Below are positions 51,392-58,637 of a stretch of 64,000 bases of DNA, in pieces. The position numbers and the translations under genes are program-made. How positions within the stretch are numbered: the stretch's first letter is position 1; each line of letters begins with the position of its first letter. The notes beneath the pieces are model-generated. The model was not told where the DNA came from and ran no database searches. It saw only the letters and a program-made list of their open reading frames with translations. The stretch covers positions 177,649-241,648 of IMG/VR virus record IMGVR_UViG_3300032516_000001; one strand, written 5' to 3'.

Positions 51392-52216
51392 TCAAAGTAA
51401 GACTAACCAAATTTGCGGTTGGATCTTAAAGGCTTCGGCCAGCATCAATCTGGTATTTCCAGCAACCAGTGTATAAACACCACTCGGCATTTTCAAAACT
51501 ATAGGAGCCGGCATCTGGCTACCAGATTCAAAACCCTTAATAATTCTCTTCCAATCTCTAACAAATTCGTCTGAATATTGAATAGCTTCGGCCACGGATG
51601 ATACATCCGTGTAATTATCTAAATTATCCCAGATAGTCGAATTGAGAAGGACAAGTTTCCCACTGTTAAATGCATCAATTATGGATTGTACCGGTAAATT
51701 TTCTTCCAATGAAACGCGATTGACTTCACCCATCTCCTCTGTAAGAGACGGTTTGACCCATACAACATCCCAATTTATTTCATTCTTTATTTTATCAATC
51801 TCGATAGGAGATAATTCAGATATATTTATGTTCGCAGCTACACGGGATGCAATTTGAAATAAACCCATAACAGAAGCTGTCTTAAAAGGCTTGACTATTT
51901 GAAGATAACTGTAGAAATGCTGCCAATTATCAATTATATCGTCTGTGAATTCGATATAGAGATGTCGCCCTCCAAATGTATAACTGCTTCGTTTAAAAAA
52001 TTCATACTCAGCAAATAATTTTTCGATTTCCTCCAGTTTGTCCTCATCTTCCGAACTTATTGTAATATAAGGACGCTTGTTCGATTCTAGATGACCTTGA
52101 CACGACGCTATAGTGTTTATACCGTCCAGGTTATTGATAAAATGAACTACCTGTTGAAAATACCTGTCGAGATCTAATTTACGAATACGAGTCCCGGCGA
52201 TCTGAAATAAATTCAT
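51392..52216 (-). CDS. Two-domain protein: SCxGH domain plus ParB/Srx-like domain
   Basis: TIASCQGH; APIV...LVAGNTRL; internal LFQIASRVAA repeat of the N-terminus. Confidence 0.6.
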   Translation of the reverse strand: MNLFQIAGTRIRKLDLDRYFQQVVHFINNLDGINTIASCQGHLESNKRPYITISSEDEDKLEEIEKLFAEYEFFKRSSYTFGGRHLYIEFTDDIIDNWQHFYSYLQIVKPFKTASVMGLFQIASRVAANINISELSPIEIDKIKNEINWDVVWVKPSLTEEMGEVNRVSLEENLPVQSIIDAFNSGKLVLLNSTIWDNLDNYTDVSSVAEAIQYSDEFVRDWKRIIKGFESGSQMPAPIVLKMPSGVYTLVAGNTRLMLAEAFKIQPQIWLVLL

Positions 52217-52265
52217 TATTTTTGATTAAGATATCTAGCAGCAATCCGCTCAGCAATGGAAGACG

Positions 52266-52670
52266 TCAAATACTCACCTTTAAACGCTGGATCCTGTTAA
52301 CGAAATCACGCCCACTCATATCAGCAGTAAAAGGGATGGTGATAGTTCCACGAGACGTAGTGATGGTTACATTACCGGCATCCGGATCACCAGAAACAGA
52401 CACATTAACTGGATCTTTCAGATTCGCAACAGGTACAGAACGCTTGACAAGGTCCTCAAGAACACCGTCACCAAGATTAAGGATGTCATAAAGTGTCGCG
52501 TCCGGAGTAAGGCCCTGCTCATGAAACCATGTCCAGGGCCCGATGCCGGCTGTAAGTACAGCGAGGATTCGCTTAATATCTTGTGCCACCAATGACTTGT
52601 CTGGCTTGCGAGAAGTCTCGATAGCGGTAGCAATCTTACGAAGATAATTCGCAACCTGACTAGGTTTCAT
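52266..52670 (-). CDS. KP-IA module protein (possibly extended to 52216 in the -1 frame)
   Basis: MKPSQVANYLRKIATAIETSRKPD. Confidence 0.7.
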   Translation of the reverse strand: MKPSQVANYLRKIATAIETSRKPDKSLVAQDIKRILAVLTAGIGPWTWFHEQGLTPDATLYDILNLGDGVLEDLVKRSVPVANLKDPVNVSVSGDPDAGNVTITTSRGTITIPFTADMSGRDFVNRIQRLKVSI

Positions 52671-52696
52671 AATATTATTATTTAATTAACAAAGGT

Positions 52697-53134
52697 CTAA
52701 TCAGAATTGTCGTGGACGATGATGGCGATTTTACCAATCATACCTTTGAATATCTCGGTATCAGCTATTATTTCGACAGGAATCCAAGATTCCCCATAAG
52801 CCAATGGATCTTCCATAATTTCACGCACTATAGATAAGTCATGCAATGGTTTAAATGGAAACCCGTTCGTTAGAATGAAGTCACCCTTGGTTTTTTCTTT
52901 CATATCATCCAAGAATGCGTCGACCCTCTTCTCATCATAATCAGTCATCCATTCATCACTAAATGGGTCAGTATCTGGCATCCAATTAGCAGGTAATGGA
53001 ATATAAAATCCTTTAACTCTCGGATGAGTACAAAGTAATCCGCCACTCTGATTGGAAATCAATACCCCATTATCGTCCAATACTATTATGCCTATATAGC
53101 TAGTTACAGAATGACATGACAGATCGATAAACAT
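52697..53134 (-). CDS. DUF6210-like hypothetical protein
   Basis: SNQSGGLLCTHPRVKGFYIPL pattern, matched to the family from memory only. Confidence 0.45.
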   Translation of the reverse strand: MFIDLSCHSVTSYIGIIVLDDNGVLISNQSGGLLCTHPRVKGFYIPLPANWMPDTDPFSDEWMTDYDEKRVDAFLDDMKEKTKGDFILTNGFPFKPLHDLSIVREIMEDPLAYGESWIPVEIIADTEIFKGMIGKIAIIVHDNSD

Positions 53135-53518
53135 AAATTAAAATACACGTAAGCCCTGGAGATTTTCGGCCCCAGGGCTCACACCATCCCGAGAAAGACT
53201 AGATCGCCCCAAGAGGGCCACTCGAACCATTCGATTTATTTGGTTTCTTACGCAGCCCTGGTTTGCCATAAGCTGCCAAGCCATACCGATAAATAGCCTG
53301 TACCAAGCACAATATGAATATGAGACTAGTTCATTTTGTGCGTCATGTTTTGATGGTGCTATCACTCAAAGCAAATATTATGAATCAGCCGGACACGACA
53401 CCTGGCATGATGTTCATGCTAGAGTGATAACTGCCAAAATCACGCGAGATATGGCGTTAGTACTACGAATTATGAACGAATAGTTAAAGTGTGATTATCA
53501 AACTAAACTAAAGCCCAA

Positions 53519-53956
53519 TTAAAGTTCGGACATTGCTGCGTATGCTTTTTCCAATGCTTTTTCCACAGTTTTCCCATCTCCTCCTAACTCAAATTCGGCG
53601 TCATTTGGATCCTGAAGTGGAAGTCCCTGATAATAAAATCCACCAGGCCCATTCCAAATAGCCAAATATTCCAAACCCTCATCCTCAATAATAACTGCGT
53701 TATTCTCTCCTGCGTTCAAATAATCTGAAACCTCGTTAAAATCATTTATTGTGCGCCACTCGGCGTCGCCAGAGGGATCATTCATTCCATCATATGATGT
53801 AAATTTACCTTGAAATTTGAAGTTTGGATCGTATAATGAAATACCGGCAATCAACTTTCGAAGATCTCTCGCAACTAACAGTCTATCTGGCTTACGAGAT
53901 TTCTCAATAGCAGATGCTATACGACGGAGATAACTAGCAACTTGACTCGGTTTCAT
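53519..53956 (-). CDS. KP-IA module protein with an unrelated acidic C-terminal domain
   Basis: MKPSQVASYLRRIASAIEKSRKPD. Confidence 0.7.
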   Translation of the reverse strand: MKPSQVASYLRRIASAIEKSRKPDRLLVARDLRKLIAGISLYDPNFKFQGKFTSYDGMNDPSGDAEWRTINDFNEVSDYLNAGENNAVIIEDEGLEYLAIWNGPGGFYYQGLPLQDPNDAEFELGGDGKTVEKALEKAYAAMSEL

Positions 53957-53983
53957 AATATTATTTAATCAACAAAGGTTTAA

Positions 53984-54265
53984 TTAATGATCACACCCTA
54001 AAACGCGGCGAAGCCAATCGACCTGAGGTCCAATAGCATCCCGAATTGTATTCCTAGTGCATTCCGCACCAGTCCTATACGCTTCAATGGTGGCAGTGGA
54101 AACTGGAATGTTGGCTGCAATCAGACGTTGAGAAATTATTTTACTCTGATCCTTCCCACCAAAATCTGTACGGATCACTTTTAGAATAGTGACTAGAACC
54201 TCCCGTATGGAGGTTCCAGGATCTCCGTCGATAGCAGGATTGCGCTGACCAGTTTGTCTAACCAT
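53984..54265 (-). CDS. Hypothetical protein (possible HTH)
   Basis: Start moved to ATG 54265 (GTATGTT-N5-ATG). Confidence 0.55.
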   Translation of the reverse strand: MVRQTGQRNPAIDGDPGTSIREVLVTILKVIRTDFGGKDQSKIISQRLIAANIPVSTATIEAYRTGAECTRNTIRDAIGPQVDWLRRVLGCDH

Positions 54266-54291
54266 AGGCAAACATACACCTCAACTTAGAC

Positions 54292-56607
54292 TCAATACCC
54301 AAAAATATGAATAAACTGCGACCGATGTAAATGTTTCACTGTCCCGAATTTATATTGAGTTCTATGATGAAGACCAGCCTTTTCGAGCGAAAACATGAAC
54401 GGTTCTATAAATGAATATTGATGAGTATCGAAAATATGTAAAGCCAGCACTCCATTATTACTCAAAACCTTAGCGGATAATGCCGCAAAGGGTTCAACAA
54501 AATTCTTTTGCCAATCAGCGAATGAATCGGTAGGTACTATGCCGTTATAATTTTCCACATTATAATATGGAGGCCCTGCAAGAATCATATCAAAATGTTC
54601 ATCTGTCTTCTGCATATATTGTAAAGCATCAATGCATAAAGCCTGCATTTTACACACGCCTAATGATTGAGAATCCTCAAGTATTTTTCTGATTGCATTA
54701 ATTGTCAACTCTTGAAGATCCGTGCCAACATAATTTTTTACGTATTTATTGAGGGCGCAAGCTAAAGCCCTGCCACACCAACCAGCAAACGGGTCGAATA
54801 CAGATTTCGGTCTATATGTATTTAGTAAAGCTGCGGCACCGGATGGTCGAAAATGACCTGGTGCCGAAACCATCTCCATGATTCTACGAGCCAATAATTT
54901 GTTAGTAAGTGCCTGATCTCTAGATAATATGCTCGTAACAGCTTTCCGGACAATGACCTCATCCTTCCAAGCCATAACAAATGATGGCTGTCTGTAATGA
55001 TTGGCAGAAAATCGATGAGGACAAATGGCATCCAAGTAGGTTAATCCATCTTGAATAAAAGGTAGTACCCCATCCTTCGGAAGACATGTTTTCAATCGTT
55101 CCTGAAGATCACCAAGATATTCCAATATTGGTTGATCCAACATTCTTTGAGGAGAGTGTGAATGAACAACGAAATTCACTATTTCATCAAGGTATGTTTG
55201 TTGTTTTTCATCCGGCATCTCTCTAAATTTCGAGGTTGGAAACTTGGTCGATAAAGGATCATCAGCATAAGCTGTTGCACCTCTGGATACCGGCGGGAGC
55301 TTCCTTGCCATTCGTGGGTGTATGTACGGCTGTACTATCTCAAAAAATCGCGCACGAGCAGGGGTCCCACGAACTTTGAGCAGTCTGATGTTCTTCCGTT
55401 TTACATGATAGAAGTTAACATCAAACCTACATGTCAAAGCTTCACAAATCGCGTCATAATCCGCAGCCGGAAAATACATTGCGATGGATGGGAATCCAGA
55501 ATCGTATGTTCCATCATCCATATACCAGATTGCCAGGGATAATTCACTCAAATTTTCAAAAATATTAATATTTGGATTCTTACACCCATCAGCCCCAAAT
55601 TTTTTTCTAAGTGATGGGTCATAAAATCTGGGATACCATTCACAAAGAGTATCAGTTCGAATCGATGTATATGAGATGAAATCGAATAATCGCCCATCAA
55701 CATATTTGCGCTGTTGGTGGATAATTGGTTGTAGACATTTTACTTGATCGGCACTCCATTCAGTATATTCTCTATCTGCTATCTTATGACCAACTCTGAA
55801 ATAAGCTGCCTTCCCCATAGCCACTGGAACTAGACATCCGTCTCCCAACAAATGACCAATCATTATATCAATAACCCTCTGAGATAAATCGATTGGTAAA
55901 TGCAGAAGAGAAGATCTCTCAATATCAGATTTACGAAATCTAGTCTTGATGGTAGAAGGACGAACACCATATCGTTTAGCAAGTTCTTGATAAGTAAGTC
56001 TATTCACAATGGCTTCTTTAATTTTCTCGCTGTCTAATGTTTCAATACTTAACTTACCTGATGCTACTCGTCTCGCATCTGATGAAATTGTTGATAAACC
56101 CAATTTCATCCTAAGGTATCTGACCTGACTAGCTAGTAGTCCAGCATCACGAGCAATCTGTACATCAGATTTAATCCCGTCATATAAAGATTTAACTTTG
56201 ATCAAGGCATGATCTAGATACTGGAATTTGGCGTTTTGGTGCACTCCATTGGCTATGATCAATTTTTCAAGCATATCATAAGAATATTTAGCACTGCATC
56301 GTGAACAGTATCTGCGAGAGCAAGCCAAAGAGGTATCAAGAAACTCAGAACCGCATAGATAACAATGTTTATGACGTCTTGGGTTTCTTTGTGCTAAATC
56401 TGGAACCACGTCATGTTTGGATACGATCGCGTTAATTCTGCAAGTGAGACAGATTTTTGAAGTCACCCGGGGAGTTTCATCATAGAACTGCAGACCACAA
56501 GAACATTGTTTGACTCTACCCCGATGTTTACGCCGATCATAAAATCGGTTTCTAAACTCTTCTGGAACGTCAACTCCGTCTATTTGCTCAATGTATATCT
56601 TTTTCAT
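54292..56607 (-). CDS. Zn-ribbon/HTH-LAGLIDADG-DNA amino-methyltransferase fusion
   Basis: N-terminal Cys clusters; IGHLLGDG and LAIWYMDDG (LAGLIDADG_2); FDPFAGWCGR (SAM-binding motif I) and GPPYY (motif IV). Confidence 0.8.
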   Translation of the reverse strand: MKKIYIEQIDGVDVPEEFRNRFYDRRKHRGRVKQCSCGLQFYDETPRVTSKICLTCRINAIVSKHDVVPDLAQRNPRRHKHCYLCGSEFLDTSLACSRRYCSRCSAKYSYDMLEKLIIANGVHQNAKFQYLDHALIKVKSLYDGIKSDVQIARDAGLLASQVRYLRMKLGLSTISSDARRVASGKLSIETLDSEKIKEAIVNRLTYQELAKRYGVRPSTIKTRFRKSDIERSSLLHLPIDLSQRVIDIMIGHLLGDGCLVPVAMGKAAYFRVGHKIADREYTEWSADQVKCLQPIIHQQRKYVDGRLFDFISYTSIRTDTLCEWYPRFYDPSLRKKFGADGCKNPNINIFENLSELSLAIWYMDDGTYDSGFPSIAMYFPAADYDAICEALTCRFDVNFYHVKRKNIRLLKVRGTPARARFFEIVQPYIHPRMARKLPPVSRGATAYADDPLSTKFPTSKFREMPDEKQQTYLDEIVNFVVHSHSPQRMLDQPILEYLGDLQERLKTCLPKDGVLPFIQDGLTYLDAICPHRFSANHYRQPSFVMAWKDEVIVRKAVTSILSRDQALTNKLLARRIMEMVSAPGHFRPSGAAALLNTYRPKSVFDPFAGWCGRALACALNKYVKNYVGTDLQELTINAIRKILEDSQSLGVCKMQALCIDALQYMQKTDEHFDMILAGPPYYNVENYNGIVPTDSFADWQKNFVEPFAALSAKVLSNNGVLALHIFDTHQYSFIEPFMFSLEKAGLHHRTQYKFGTVKHLHRSQFIHIFGY

Positions 56608-56724
56608 GTCGTAAAACCGATTGTTTTGTTCTATACATTATTCAGTATAGCACATTACTATACTGAAGTCAAGTAATTAGTGATTAATAGTTATAGAACA
56701 AAACAATCGGTTTTACGACATGAA
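56603..56724. repeat. Perfect 33-bp inverted repeat with a 56-bp spacer
   Basis: ttcatgtcgtaaaaccgattgttttgttctata at 56603-56635 is the exact reverse complement of 56692-56724. Confidence 0.95.
56644..56672 (-). promoter_or_regulatory. Sigma70-type promoter overlapped by a 10-bp inverted repeat
   Basis: TTGACT-N17-TATACT with an extended -10 TG. Inverted pair ttcagtatag (56641-56650) and ctatactgaa (56658-56667). Confidence 0.8.
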
Positions 56725-56744
56725 TAACCTCTTCAGATACGCCA

Positions 56745-56780
56745 AAGCCCGAGATGCTATCAACATAGCACCCCGGGCTT
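56745..56780 (-). terminator. Stem-loop downstream of the major capsid gene
   Basis: AAGCCCGGGGTGCTAT-GTTG-ATAGCATCTCGGGCTT, a 16-bp stem with G-U pairs and a weak U-tract. Confidence 0.6.
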
Positions 56781-56811
56781 CGGAGACCCACTTTGGGTCA
56801 GAGAAACGCCT

Positions 56812-57708
56812 TTAACGGGTTACGATAAGGCGCACGAGACCACGCGGGTTGTACGCGCCAATCCCGAGGTTCTCGAACATCGAGAAACCGATGGTCCGCT
56901 CTTCCGGATTATCGGCAGAAAGAACGGTCAGCTCAGTCCTAACCGGGATCCGGCCGAAGTGCTCTGGCTCGCAGCAAACGTAAACAACGCCTGCGGGGAC
57001 AAGACGCGACACGATGAACTGGGCGTTCCAGCCCGTAGCCATCAGGCCGGTCTTCCACAGCGTTGCCTGGCTCTCGATGTCGAGCACGTCGCGACCGAAT
57101 TTCCGGATGTCGGCATAATCGACCGCGTTCATGTAGACTCGAGCCACCCGAAGGTCATGACGCTCGATCTCGGCAAACGCGTCCGCGAGGACGGCCGGCG
57201 AAATCGGGGCCACAACCGGGATGTCCGGGTTCGTGCCCGCGGGGAGCGAGTCGAATCCGGCGATGGCAATGGCATCCATGATGGTGAAGACACGATCGTC
57301 TTCAGCCGCCTGGATCTGCGCCTTGCCAAGGTCCTGCATACGCTTCAGGAGGTCGTACCGACGCTCCTTGATCTGAGTTAACGGAGCCTTGAGAAGCGCC
57401 GCTATCTCAAAAAGGGGGAAGATCACACGGCGAGGTTTCATGATCGCCGTGATGGAAGTTCCCTCTTCACCGATCACGTATGCAGTGACGTCTGGATCCT
57501 TGTCGTACAGAGGCAGGGCACCATCGGGAAGCTGTTCGACCAAGAAGGTCTTACGGCCTACCGATGAGTAGTCACGCCGCTCGCGCAAGGGCTGAATCAT
57601 CGAGGCGGCCAGGCGCTTACGCCCTGCCGACGTCCCGATAAACTTGTCAACAATCTGCTCCTTGATTGTGTTGTCCACAACCTGGACGCCGAAATTATTG
57701 GTAGGCAT
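56812..57708 (-). CDS. Major capsid protein (probable HK97 fold)
   Basis: 298 aa, GC-rich codons and strong GAGGA ribosome-binding site. YIGEE-like motif, AAED, YMNxxDYADI and C-terminal ENLGIGAYNP. Position after protease, scaffold and decoration genes. Confidence 0.8.
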   Translation of the reverse strand: MPTNNFGVQVVDNTIKEQIVDKFIGTSAGRKRLAASMIQPLRERRDYSSVGRKTFLVEQLPDGALPLYDKDPDVTAYVIGEEGTSITAIMKPRRVIFPLFEIAALLKAPLTQIKERRYDLLKRMQDLGKAQIQAAEDDRVFTIMDAIAIAGFDSLPAGTNPDIPVVAPISPAVLADAFAEIERHDLRVARVYMNAVDYADIRKFGRDVLDIESQATLWKTGLMATGWNAQFIVSRLVPAGVVYVCCEPEHFGRIPVRTELTVLSADNPEERTIGFSMFENLGIGAYNPRGLVRLIVTR

Positions 57709-57745
57709 GATATTGTCCTCTCATCCTTTCAATTCATCTCGCTGC

Positions 57746-58423
57746 TCAGATGAGCAACTCAATGAACATCTCGATTCCGTGGGAGTCAGGAGGTGAAAGG
57801 ACGATGGCCATGCGAATAATGTCATATTCGCAGGCTGCGCCAGTGTGGATGGCCCCACCGAGGTTTGCTGCAGTGATCCACAGCGCCTCGTAGGAGTCTA
57901 CCCAGCGGTTGGTCAGGTATCCATTAATCGACGCGTAGAGGAACTGTCCCTCTGTGTACGGCACAGTCAGTGCGTCGCCAATGGCTCCATCAACAGCAAT
58001 TTGCTTCTGCGTCTCGTAGAGCTTGACGCCAACAGCACCACCACGAAGATGGGGGCACTTGCCAGATGCTACGCCAGGAGTATTCTCGTACGCATTGCCA
58101 AGCGCATCATTGATGAACAGCCCGAGAGGTCGGGTGTTCGCAGTGAAGGCTAAAGCAGGCGCAACTGCTCCGCCCACGACGTTGCCACCAGCAACATCAG
58201 GACGGGTAAATGCCACTGATCCCCCGAGAACGCCACGCTTCACATTTGCAGGAAGCGTAGTCGATCGCGCGAGAGCAACGGCGGTTCCAACGTTTGGGTT
58301 ACTCTGCGTGTATCCATCCGGTGCAAGAACAGGAATAGTGTCCTTGAAAATCGAATAGAGGATACGCAGGGCACCTTGGGTGAGTAGGAAATCACCCGAA
58401 GACTGTCCACCTATATCGCCCAT
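57746..58423 (-). CDS. Head decoration/cement-like protein
   Basis: RPLGLFIND...ASGK...LYASINGYLT; directly upstream of the capsid gene. Confidence 0.6.
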   Translation of the reverse strand: MGDIGGQSSGDFLLTQGALRILYSIFKDTIPVLAPDGYTQSNPNVGTAVALARSTTLPANVKRGVLGGSVAFTRPDVAGGNVVGGAVAPALAFTANTRPLGLFINDALGNAYENTPGVASGKCPHLRGGAVGVKLYETQKQIAVDGAIGDALTVPYTEGQFLYASINGYLTNRWVDSYEALWITAANLGGAIHTGAACEYDIIRMAIVLSPPDSHGIEMFIELLI

Positions 58424-58603
58424 TGGTCACTCCAGCTCTGTTGGCAAGTATCTCATCAACGTCCAAGAATTCCATCGATCCGGGGGTTTCAGTCCGTTTC
58501 CGCGAAACCATTCCATTCACGACAAAACTCAATTCAATCGATTAGACCTTCCCTCCAGTTTCTGCGGTTATCTGCGTATCTTCTATTAGTATCTGATCAA
58601 CCA

Positions 58604-58628
58604 GGGCCGCTCGGTTAAGATACGGCCC
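58604..58628 (-). terminator. Possible stem-loop after the scaffold gene
   Basis: GGGCCG-N13-CGGCCC, without a clear U-tract. Confidence 0.3.
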
Positions 58629-58637
58629 GGATGAACT

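Noticed and set aside
53138-53518. 380-bp gap with a hairpin (agccctgg...ccagggct), a 75-aa minus-strand ORF and a plus-strand open frame with CASC ending VLRIMNE-stop
   Set aside because: The plus frame has no standard start codon until its last few residues, the minus ORF looks non-coding, and I recognised no RNA family. It may be a gene remnant but cannot be supported.
58424-58637. 214-bp intergenic region upstream of the head decoration gene as an ncRNA
   Set aside because: Only one short hairpin is visible. It is more simply a terminator, promoter and leader.
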